Source: an uncultured delta proteobacterium (GTDB taxonomy: Bacteria > Desulfobacterota > Desulfuromonadia > Desulfuromonadales > JACZKF01). Taken from it: 64,000 bases of DNA. The notes below the pieces were generated by a model that saw only the letters and a list, made by a program, of their open reading frames with translations, had not been told where the DNA came from and did not search any database. Where the stretch lies: positions 32,001-96,000 of the forward strand of contig CAWFKQ010000001.1 of assembly GCA_963816395.1 (NCBI GenBank), read 5' to 3'. Positions 10,437-19,246 of the stretch are shown one piece after another (the stretch's first letter is position 1; every line of letters begins with the position of its first letter). A program made the translations under genes and the position numbers.

Positions 10437-10972
10437 CAGGCCTAGTTCAGCGCTGAAACCGAATGGGTCGGCGAAATGATCCAGCAGGATGCCGCCCGCA
10501 TCCTGGAGCTGCACAACCAAATCAAGACGTTGGAAGCCAAGATGGCCGCTGCTGCGGCACAACCAAGCTGGCCGGATTACTGGCAACCATCCCCGGCTTT
10601 GGCCCCATCTGTACCGCCGAAGTGGTTGGAGAGATCGGCCACGAGGGGCGGTTCGCTAAGGAATCGAGTCTGGCGCTCTACCTGGGAATGGCCATATTGG
10701 ACAACAGCTCCGGCCAATACCAGGGCACCAAAATCCCCCGTCAGATCAACAGTCGCGCCAAGGCGGCAATGATGACTGCGGTGGATCGCCACCGGAAGCA
10801 GATACCAGCCTCCCAGCGCACTACGGGAAGAAACGCGCCGAGGGGAAAGGACACAATCAGGCGATCAGAGCTGGTCGGCATCTGTGCCGAATCATCTTCA
10901 GAATGTTCAAAGAACGGAGGCCCTATATGCCGCCCAGCTGAAAATTTTTTCTTGAAATTTCCAGCGGGATGT
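10437..10972 (+). pseudogene. IS110-family element, 3' fragment with intact right end
   Basis: EMIQQDAARIL, ATIPGFGP, LYLGMA..DNSSG; homologous to the transposase at 43036-44235 and shares its terminal CTTGAAATTTCCAGCGGGATGT. Confidence 0.88.
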
Positions 10973-12715
10973 TCAAGTCTTTACTCTTGTTCTTTCTACC
11001 CTAAATAATTTATCCCCCTGCGACAACTTCACTACAAAATATTTATCCTTGTTCAACTCCTCCGGCAACTTATCCTTCAGAATCGACGCAACAAACTGAA
11101 CGCCCTCCCTGTCCACCAACTGAGAAATCTTCAGAAGCTGATTATCGTGCATCAATTCCTTCTTGTCATTCAGCAAGAAGTGGAAACAGGGGATATTCTC
11201 CTCATCGGCAAACAGGGTATAAGCGATATCAAAGCAGGAAATCTCCCCCTGTTTCTTGCCCGAGCTGAGATTGGCGAAGTTGGTATCAAATACACTAAAC
11301 TTGTACAGCCGCTGTCCTCTCTTGTTAACCGTTGGATCGACCTTCAGAGCATATTGCTCGCCGTAAAGCGCCTGTGAAATCGCTGAAAAAAAGCGGTTAA
11401 ACTTGTTGACTTGGTCCTTGATCCGCTGCTCAAACTCGTCCGAAAAGAGCCCATCGTCAATCGCATCAAGACGCTGACTCAGGGATTGCAGCTCCGTCTC
11501 AACATCCGTCAGCTGCTGAATAATGTTCTCGTACTCCCCTTTTTTTCGGTATTTTTCGTTGAGTTCGGCTATCAGCTTTTCCAGCTCTTCAAACGACTCG
11601 CCGCGGGTAACTGCCGTAGAAAATGCAGCCTCATCCTTCAGAAGCCTATTCAGATGCTCCGATTTGGCCCTGATCTCCCCCTCAATTCTTGGAAGGTCTT
11701 TGGCAATGTACCGGGCTTTTTCCGTGATCATCCGGTTGTGAAACGCGCAGAGATCCTCAAATGTTTTCTGAATCCCCTCTACGCGGTCCGTAGCCTGCCG
11801 GTAGATTTCTTCCAGTTGCCTCAGGTCAATGTTGGAAGCACCTTTCTCCAGATCATCTCTTGCTTCCTCAATCAGATCCCGGCGGATGTTCAACCTGCCG
11901 ATCTCGGAGCTTACCAGGTTGATCTCGTACTTCACCTGATTCAGCCTCCCCTGGTCCGCCTCGAAGTTTTCGTTCAGATTGAAATTCGACTTGCGCCGGT
12001 TCAGAGCATCGATTTCCCCCTCCAGAATAGCCAGCGCCGTCTCGTAAGTCGACTTCGTCTGGTTCCTTTCCAGCCGGGCCTTGAAGTTCTCTTCCAGGCT
12101 GATCTGAGTCAACAGCTTTTGCTTGGTGTCCCCATGGGCGAAATCGCACCCCAGCAAAAACAAGTAGAGGGTTTCATATTCGGCATCACTGGTGTAGCGA
12201 TCCAGGGTCTTCAGGGTATTGGTGATGCTCAGGTCCTTGTATCGAATATTATGAGAGATGATTTGCCTGAAGGTGGGCTTCTTTCCGAAGTGGCAGGGGA
12301 ATAGCAGGTCGGTCAGTTCTTTCTCAAATTCCTCGTCGGTCTTGTTCTCCCCGTTTATTTTCTGGATCTTGCGTTTTCTCGGCAGGAAGTTCCGGTCAAT
12401 CCGGAATTCCCGCGAATCTTTCTCGGCAAGATCTTCCTTCAACACCAGGGTAACGACCACTTCATTATCGAACAGGAAGTCCTTTACCAGCTTGTATTCC
12501 TGTTTCCTATGCTCCGGGTCCGTGTAGATCTGCTTGGCATCCCCGCCGAGGCAGAAGTCGACCAGCATGAGCACGGTAGTCTTCCCCACGTTGTTCCCAG
12601 TCTCGGTGCAGTGGAGGTTCGGGGTCTCGTCGACGATAAGATTGATGCCGTTGTGGAATGGGATCTCCCGGATTATCTCGCCGTGGCTTGTAATAGTGAG
12701 GGTCTTCAGGAACAT
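10973..12715 (-). CDS. DUF2326-type SMC-like ABC ATPase (Lamassu LmuB / ABC-3C ATPase)
   Basis: Walker A GNNVGKTT, long coiled coil, signature LSSGKKQG, Walker B-like FLLND, C-terminal LSQGDKLF. Confidence 0.85.
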   Translation of the reverse strand: MFLKTLTITSHGEIIREIPFHNGINLIVDETPNLHCTETGNNVGKTTVLMLVDFCLGGDAKQIYTDPEHRKQEYKLVKDFLFDNEVVVTLVLKEDLAEKDSREFRIDRNFLPRKRKIQKINGENKTDEEFEKELTDLLFPCHFGKKPTFRQIISHNIRYKDLSITNTLKTLDRYTSDAEYETLYLFLLGCDFAHGDTKQKLLTQISLEENFKARLERNQTKSTYETALAILEGEIDALNRRKSNFNLNENFEADQGRLNQVKYEINLVSSEIGRLNIRRDLIEEARDDLEKGASNIDLRQLEEIYRQATDRVEGIQKTFEDLCAFHNRMITEKARYIAKDLPRIEGEIRAKSEHLNRLLKDEAAFSTAVTRGESFEELEKLIAELNEKYRKKGEYENIIQQLTDVETELQSLSQRLDAIDDGLFSDEFEQRIKDQVNKFNRFFSAISQALYGEQYALKVDPTVNKRGQRLYKFSVFDTNFANLSSGKKQGEISCFDIAYTLFADEENIPCFHFLLNDKKELMHDNQLLKISQLVDREGVQFVASILKDKLPEELNKDKYFVVKLSQGDKLFRVERTRVKT

Positions 12716-12933
12716 AATTGAACCCTCCCCTGATTGTTCAGGCTGACGAGATTCAGCAGAAACAGCCAGTCCAGGCACAGCACGAATACCGGCATGCTCA
12801 TCTGACGATACGGTTGTGTGCTCATGTACAGGTCCAACAGATCCATTGCGGAGTGGCCACGGAGCGCCTGCAGCACGAAGGCGCCGTTATAATAAATACT
12901 CTGTTCCGGGTGGATGTTGTCAGGGAGCAGCAT
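12706..12933 (-). CDS. ABC-three-component middle component (LmuC-like, MC6-type)
   Basis: 75 aa, MLLPDNIHPEQSIYYNGA...LCLDWLFLL; overlaps both neighbours. Confidence 0.8.
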   Translation of the reverse strand: MLLPDNIHPEQSIYYNGAFVLQALRGHSAMDLLDLYMSTQPYRQMSMPVFVLCLDWLFLLNLVSLNNQGRVQLCS

Positions 12934-13885
12934 GGGTGTATCCTATCGGGTTCTTGAATATCTTGCAGCGAACAAATGCATCCACCACCAGAATGTTCAC
13001 GCAAAGCGCCAGCTCCTCCCACGGAAGGGGCTCATGATTCAGGCTGTCCTGGACGGTGCCGCCCACGCAATCGGCAACCTTTCGGAACAGAGCATCCCCT
13101 CTGAGCTGTGACTTATGTTCCCGATAATAGCCGCGCATGGCATCAAGCACGGAAAGGCTTTTGTTGGCGCCCCCTCGATCGAAATCGTTGTAGATCCTGT
13201 CGACCCGGCTATGGTGGATCAGGTAGTCGTCGACAATGTCGCGGGAGGCGTCAAGGCCGTTGAATTCGATCTTCTCATCGACCTTGAACGGGACGGTTTC
13301 AACTGCCGAATTGCCCCGCCGCAGGTCCTGCTTTGCCAGGATCTTGATGACGGCGGCAAGATTCGTCTCCAGTTTGCGGACATCGACTTCCGCTCCCAGT
13401 TCCTTCCTGATGAAGTCGGCAATGCGGCGCTGATCGTCCATGTCTAGGGCGGTGATATGTTTCAGAATGGAAGGAACATCAAAGATGTCGCCCTGAGGAT
13501 CGAAAGCGAGTTTATGGGGATTGAGAAACGCTTGGGTACGCAGCGAACCGGCGTCCTTGGAGATGGATATGAACTTGAAGGAATACCCGGCGTAGGCGGA
13601 AAGATCCTTGCCAAGCGCCGATTCCACCTTTACCTTGGTAGCTGTCGCGGAGACCTGCACGACGATCTTGTTCTCGTGGTCGATCAGATCGATAGCTTCT
13701 GCATTCGGTTTGACAGTATTTAGATTCTCCAGCTGCCACCCGAGCAACTCATTGCAGAAATGCAGGTAGAAATTCTCGGAGTGGAGGTGAAGGTCTAGGA
13801 GGTTTAGTTTGCCGCGAACCTCGATTCTGGTCGCGAGGGTAGAAAGCTTCTCTTCGATGTAATTGAAGACGTGTGATCTGTTCAT
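12920..13885 (-). CDS. SMEK-domain effector with ABC-3C C-terminal domain (LmuA-like)
   Basis: LNLLDLHLHSENFY...LENLN...NAEAIDLID...IVVQVSAT...KV; C-terminal VVDAFVRCKIFKNP. Confidence 0.8.
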   Translation of the reverse strand: MNRSHVFNYIEEKLSTLATRIEVRGKLNLLDLHLHSENFYLHFCNELLGWQLENLNTVKPNAEAIDLIDHENKIVVQVSATATKVKVESALGKDLSAYAGYSFKFISISKDAGSLRTQAFLNPHKLAFDPQGDIFDVPSILKHITALDMDDQRRIADFIRKELGAEVDVRKLETNLAAVIKILAKQDLRRGNSAVETVPFKVDEKIEFNGLDASRDIVDDYLIHHSRVDRIYNDFDRGGANKSLSVLDAMRGYYREHKSQLRGDALFRKVADCVGGTVQDSLNHEPLPWEELALCVNILVVDAFVRCKIFKNPIGYTHAAP

Positions 13886-14215
13886 TAGCCTACGGGCCCC
13901 CAGTGGGGTCAAATTCATTGCCACTTTCACCAATAAAAAAACCACTCCCATCAGCACCCTGCTGACAAAAGCGGCTTCCTTTCTCCACTCCTTTAATCAC
14001 ACCAACCCTCCCAACACATCCCGGCCGGCCAACCGGCCCTTCAAACTTCGACGGGGGAAGTCGACACCAAGAAAAAAACAATGAATTCGGTTTTAGGGGA
14101 TTTTGGAAGGGGAGTCAAGGATTAATTAAATCCGTGTCGCGAGCAAATAAACTGTCCGGACTTGTAGCACAAGGTTGTCCGGTTCATGGTTAATCAACAG
14201 AGCCTCGAGAAGCTT

Positions 14216-14967
14216 TCACCAGCCGAACATTGCGATGTCCGGCACCCCGTCCCAAGTCCTTCCCTCCAGCAACCTCCCGTTCCGCTTCTTCCCTCTCTTC
14301 AGCCCGTCCGGTCCCCATCCTCCCCACTGCTTGAAGAAGAAGTCTACGCGATGGCGCTTCGCACTGGCGCTGGATCTTCCTCACCCACTCCGGCCGCATG
14401 GGGCGGGCCTGCACCCCGGACTCGCCGCCGACGATGACCCAGTGGATGCCGGTCAGGTCGATTTCTCCCAGGTCCTCCAGCAGCGGTTCGATTGACAGGA
14501 AACGGATGCGGGCGGCGACGGCGCGCAGCAGGTCGGATCCGCGGCAGGCCATGGGCGCGGTTTTCTACCGTCACCCCCAGCCAGGCGTTCTTCGGCGCTC
14601 GGCTGCCGCGCATGAAGTCGGCCATCCGCCCGGCGCGCTTGGTGAGGATCTGAAAAGTGTGCTGCGGGGAATCCGCGATCACCCGGAAAACTTTGCGGAT
14701 GTAGTCATCGGGAATCCGTTCGTGAAACAGGTCGCTCATGGAGTTTACAAAATAGACGGTCGGCTTCTTCCGGCGCAGCGGCTCTTCAAGCCGCTCGGGG
14801 AGCAGAGTGAGGGCAAATCCGCTCTCATACCCATTTACACCCATCGCCTGTAATCGCCGGGCCATGACCTCGGCATAGCAATGGGCACAGCCGGGGGAAA
14901 CCTTCGTGCACCCCACCGCCGGGTTCCACGTCTGTTCGGTCCACTCGATTTTAGTATTCGTCGCCAT
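14216..14967 (-). CDS. DUF5131 (phage Gp37/Gp68-like, radical-SAM-like) protein, frameshifted
   Basis: [65 protein letters not shown]. Confidence 0.88.
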
Positions 14968-14971
14968 ATCT

Positions 14972-15821
14972 TCAGAATAACTCAAGTTGATCGTCGCTGT
15001 ACTTCTTCACTTCCCGCCAGAATTTTTTCGCCAGATTGTGCCTACTGTAGAAGCCGAACCTATAAATCGTCGAATTCTTCTCGTTCTTTATCGCCACGGT
15101 CTCTTCCGGATCGCTTGGCTGATACTGGAGTGAAATCATCTGTTCCCCGAATAAACGGGTCAGGAAAATCGCTGCGCTCTCCCCTCTCGTTTTCGCCTTA
15201 TCCCATCCCCTCCGCCATTCAGATTTCCCAAGAAAATCATCCAGCTTGGACTCTGATCTAGGTGCATAGCGCTCGATATTCCTCTGGGCGTCCCCTGTCG
15301 GAATAAGTGACGAGAAAATCGAAATACCTCTGGGACAATTGCCTGATCGTCTCGAATTTCAGGTTTTCCAGATTATACGGATCCAAAACAGAAACCTAGA
15401 ATCTTGCAGCCCCGGAGAGGCCTGGGTATTTCCCGGAGGATGCTGTCAACCAGCCGTTTGCATCCCCATGAAGAAATCTGACGTTCTCTTGGCTGAAATC
15501 GCAGCCGACCCGCTGCCGAAGCGCATCGAGTTTCTGCTCGTCCAGTTCGCAGAAAATATACTGGCTGAAAGGTGTTGGGATATCCAGTGCGAGAAGCGGA
15601 GAGGCAGCGACGATTTCGTCCCTGTCCCGCAGCAGCGAACGCCCGGCCCCGGCGAACAGGTCGACATAAACCAGGTGATCCCACTTCCCCTTCATCGATG
15701 AGGCAAACATGCTCGCGTAGTTCTGGACCAGCCGGTATTTCTTCTCCGCCCAGAATCCGACATCCGGCGTAATCAGGCCATCGTCTTTCAGAATTGGCAG
15801 GTGTCGAGATTCGATCCCCAT
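14972..15821 (-). CDS. Three-Cys-motif partner TcmP / methyltransferase-fold protein, several frameshifts
   Basis: WAEKKYRLVQNY, YVDLFAGAG, SPLLAL, FCELD, GDAN, LDPY; manual translation ends KFWREVKKYSDDQLELF*, 4 nt before the DUF5131 start. Confidence 0.8.
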
Positions 15822-16054
15822 TTCCCCCTCCTTCATTCTCCAGCCTTAAATGCCAGAATACGTCAATTCCTTTGTTCGAATTTTAATTCCTGGTGCATGT
15901 TAGCATTTTCATATTCATGCACCTATCATATTCCTGCACTAACTATAAACCTCGTCTTTTTGGCGCGAAACGCACTTGCGTGCCAGTTTATGTGGCGCAA
16001 ATTCCGTGGGTGTTTCCCCCCTTGCCGCGTTTCCCAACAGGTTGCTGGACGATA

Positions 16055-16191
16055 ACCTACAAGGTGCCGACAACGGCGGGTTGGAAGAAAGTGCATGCCT
16101 CGCAGTGAAGAACATCGGAAAGCCGTGTGCGGGAAAATCGCATGCACGGTTTGATGAGGGAGGGTAGGGTTAAACCCGCTCTCTACCCTAC
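16055..16191 (+). mobile_element. Group II intron 3' remnant (RT tail, domains V and VI)
   Basis: AAGCCGTGTGCGGGAAAATCGCATGCACGGTTTGATGAGGG matches domain V; followed by a domain VI hairpin ending CCCTAC; preceded by YKVPTTAGWKKVHA, resembling intron RT C-termini. Confidence 0.85.
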
Positions 16192-16289
16192 CCTGTCCTC
16201 CATCCTCCCGCCTTTCCTATGCCCCGTTTCCTGCTATAAAGAAAGGATGAAACAGCGTCGGCAGGGGCCGGCGGAGAGGAGAGGCAGGA

Positions 16290-17006
16290 ATGATTCTGAA
16301 GGGCAAAAAGGTCATCATTCTCGGCGGCAGTTCGGGGGTCGGGCTGGCCACGGCCAAGGCCGCCGTTGAAGAGGGGGCGAAGGTGCTGATCGCCAGCCGC
16401 TCCCGAGAGAAGCTGGAGCGGGCCCGCAGCGAGGCTGGCGGCAGGGTGGGTATTTTCGTCCTGGACGTGACGCGGGAGGAGGAGGTGGGAGGCTTTTTCG
16501 AGCGGGCGGGGGCATTCGACCATCTGGTGACTACCGCTGCCGAGGGGATCACTGGCCCGTTTCTGGAACTGCCGCCGGAGGCGGTGCAGGTGCTCTTCGA
16601 GAGCAAGTTCTGGGGTCAGTACCGGGCCGCCCGGCATGCCGCCCGGCAGATCCGGGAGGGTGGTTCGATCACCTTCTTCTCCGGGGTGGCGGCGAAGAAA
16701 CCGATTCCCGGCTTCTCCTCCTTTGCGGCGGTTAATGGAGCGATCAATGCTCTCTGCCGGGCGCTGGCGGTGGAAATCGCCCCGGTACGGGTGAACGTGG
16801 TCTCCCCGGGGATCATCGATACCCCGGCCTACGGGGAGATGGCGGCGGAGGCGCGGCAGGAATTCTTCGAGCGGACTGCTGCCGCTCTGCCGGTGGGGCG
16901 GATCGGCACCCCCGCGGAAGTGGCGGAAGCCGTTCTCTTCCTGATGCGAAGTGGCTTCACCACGGGCGCCGTGCTGGACGTGGACGGTGGCGGGCGGCTG
17001 GCCTGA
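16290..17006 (+). CDS. Short-chain dehydrogenase/reductase
   Basis: GGSSGVG, RVNVVSPG, LPVGRIG, VDGG. Confidence 0.92.
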   Translation: MILKGKKVIILGGSSGVGLATAKAAVEEGAKVLIASRSREKLERARSEAGGRVGIFVLDVTREEEVGGFFERAGAFDHLVTTAAEGITGPFLELPPEAVQVLFESKFWGQYRAARHAARQIREGGSITFFSGVAAKKPIPGFSSFAAVNGAINALCRALAVEIAPVRVNVVSPGIIDTPAYGEMAAEARQEFFERTAAALPVGRIGTPAEVAEAVLFLMRSGFTTGAVLDVDGGGRLA

Positions 17007-17092
17007 GCTGGCCGGGACTGTTGACAAGGCAGGAGAGGATTATAAAGTGGATCTGATGCCGGGCTCGGTAATTTCCCGGCGGAGGAGGCAGT

Positions 17093-17344
17093 ATGAGCAA
17101 ACGTGATAGGGGATTGCCGCCGGCACCAAATGCACGCGGTGACCTGGTGACCGAAAAAGATCAGCGGCAGCTGCGGGAAACGATGCGCCGCAAGAGCGGC
17201 AAAGAAATGGAAGGCGAAGGTGAAGATATGGCCGCGGCGGGCCAGGCGGAAGGTGAACGCAGCGGCGAGCCGGCGACCAAGGTAGCGCATACGCCCGGTC
17301 AGGCGGAAGGAGAGCGGGACGAAGAGGAGAGCAGGAAACTCTGA
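17093..17344 (+). CDS. Small hydrophilic hypothetical protein
   Basis: GGAGGAGG RBS; charged low-complexity 83 aa; leads into the lipid kinase gene. Confidence 0.6.
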   Translation: MSKRDRGLPPAPNARGDLVTEKDQRQLRETMRRKSGKEMEGEGEDMAAAGQAEGERSGEPATKVAHTPGQAEGERDEEESRKL

Positions 17345-17355
17345 AGGCGGGTGCC

Positions 17356-18273
17356 GTGCTGCATGCGCTGCTGGTGGTCAATCGCAGGTCACGGGAGGGC
17401 AACGCCGACCTGGGAGCGGGGATCGAGCTGCTGGCCAGCCGAGGCTTCTCTCTGATGGAATTCTACACCGCCGATCCGGCAGCCATTCCAGGCGTGATCC
17501 GGAAGCATCGGCGGGAGGTCGAACTGGTCATTCTCGGCGGTGGCGACGGCACCCTGAACACCGCCGCCCGCAGCCTGGTGGAAAGTGGTCTGCCCATGGG
17601 TATACTGCCCATGGGGACCGCCAATGATCTGGCCCGCACCCTGCGGATCCCTTTCTCCCTGCGTGAAGCCTGCCGCGTGATCGCCGCCGGACGAAAACAT
17701 CGGATCGACCTCGGCGAGGTGAACGGCCGCTATTTCTTCAATGCGGCCAGCATCGGCCTGGCGGTGCGGGTTACGCACCAGCTGTCACCGGAACTCAAGG
17801 CCCGCTGGGGGGCGCTGGCTTATGCCCGGGGCTTGCTGCGGGCGTTGCGGGAAAATCGCCCCTTCGCCGCCGAAATCGTCTGCAACGGACGGAGCCTGCG
17901 CCATCGGTCGATCCAGATTGCGGTAGGGAATGGCCGGCATTACGGCGGGGGGATGACCATAGCCGACCAGGCGATGATCGATGACCATTGTCTCAACCTC
18001 TACAGCCTGGAGCCGCAGAGCCTGTGGCGCCTGCTCCGTCTCGTCCCGGAACTGCGCCGGGGAACGGCCGGCCGGCGGCCTGGAGTGAAGCTGGTGAGCG
18101 GGCGGGAAATCTCCATCCGCACCCGTCATCCCCAACCCGTGGTTACCGATGGAGAACTGACCACCCGGACCCCGGCCCGCTTCCGGGTGGTGGAAAGTGC
18201 GCTGCAGGTCTTTGTGCCGAAAGAGTACGGGGGCGGTCGAAGGGGAGGGAAGAATGTCGATGCTGCGCGATGA
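17356..18273 (+). CDS. YegS/DAGK family lipid kinase
   Basis: GGGDGT, GILPMGTANDLA, NGRHYGGG, DGE. Confidence 0.92.
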   Translation: MLHALLVVNRRSREGNADLGAGIELLASRGFSLMEFYTADPAAIPGVIRKHRREVELVILGGGDGTLNTAARSLVESGLPMGILPMGTANDLARTLRIPFSLREACRVIAAGRKHRIDLGEVNGRYFFNAASIGLAVRVTHQLSPELKARWGALAYARGLLRALRENRPFAAEIVCNGRSLRHRSIQIAVGNGRHYGGGMTIADQAMIDDHCLNLYSLEPQSLWRLLRLVPELRRGTAGRRPGVKLVSGREISIRTRHPQPVVTDGELTTRTPARFRVVESALQVFVPKEYGGGRRGGKNVDAAR

Positions 18274-18691
18274 AAATGAAGTCGCCCTCGACGAGGTCGC
18301 TGAAACCTGCCGGGCGGCGGCTGAGCATTACCGGACCGCCGGCGCGGTCGCCCACACCAGCGTTCTGGCCGATCTGTTTCGCCGTCTTGAGGAAAACCGG
18401 CGCCGGGGGGCCGCCGCCCTGGAGGATGAAATACGGCGGATGGGCAATCTGCCTGGAGCGCCCGATCCTGACCGCGAGGCGTTGGAACACCTCGCCACCC
18501 GCCTGAAGGCCGCCGTTGCCGCCGATGAGCGGCGCGCGTTGCTGGCGAGCTGCCTGCAAATGGAGGAGAAGCTCGCCGCCGCCGTCGATGCCGCCCTCGA
18601 CCAGAACCTGCCCGCACCCACCCATGCCTTGCTGCGTCGACTGCAGACCGAAGGCTCCGCTATTCGCGAGGACCTGACGGTTGCGGACTGA
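18254..18691 (+). CDS. Ferritin-like (DUF2383-like) protein
   Basis: Four-helix pattern AEHYRTA...EIRRMG..P.APDPDRE; RBS GGAGG. Confidence 0.65.
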   Translation: MSMLRDENEVALDEVAETCRAAAEHYRTAGAVAHTSVLADLFRRLEENRRRGAAALEDEIRRMGNLPGAPDPDREALEHLATRLKAAVAADERRALLASCLQMEEKLAAAVDAALDQNLPAPTHALLRRLQTEGSAIREDLTVAD

Positions 18692-18733
18692 TAACCGGAT
18701 TTTTTCGACCCTTCCCGCTGGGCGCCAATGAAA

Positions 18734-19105
18734 TTAACTGTCTCCGGCCCCCAGGCGCCAGCCTTTTTGCTGCAGGCACTGGCGGTAGAGTTCTTTGCGG
18801 AAGCGGGCATCTCCGGGATCGAAATAGGGGTCGCGGAAAAGGGGACCTCCGTGCGAATAGTAGCGCGCGTAATCGGGGCCCTCCCACGAGTAGCGGCGCT
18901 CGCCGGGCGGGGAGAACCCACCGTAGGCTCCCAATGATGCCTCTGCTTGCCGGTCTGCCTGATGGGCACAGACGAATTTTTTCTGTTGCAGGGAGGTCGC
19001 CCCCTCACCGGCGGTCTTCTGCCAGGCAGGACCCCCGGCGCAGCCAGCGAAGAGGAGGGCAGATAACGTCGTGATCAGCCAACCTTTCATCTTTCGGGCC
19101 TCCAT
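18734..19105 (-). CDS. Putative lipoprotein
   Basis: Lipobox LFAGC; ends CLQQKGW. Confidence 0.65.
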   Translation of the reverse strand: MEARKMKGWLITTLSALLFAGCAGGPAWQKTAGEGATSLQQKKFVCAHQADRQAEASLGAYGGFSPPGERRYSWEGPDYARYYSHGGPLFRDPYFDPGDARFRKELYRQCLQQKGWRLGAGDS

Positions 19106-19246
19106 CCGTTCCCTTTTTATTTTATCCTCTTCGCAGGCTTTCGCCAGGAGCCCCCCGTCTCATGAGATTGCAACCATACCGGCCCCTGATATACTATGTG
19201 GAATTGCCAGGTGCTTGGAGATATTCAAGTTTTAGTTGGGAGGCCC

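Noticed and set aside
8979..10989. Repeats as a CRISPR array
   Set aside because: Mixed orientation, irregular spacing, gene-sized intervals and no cas genes.
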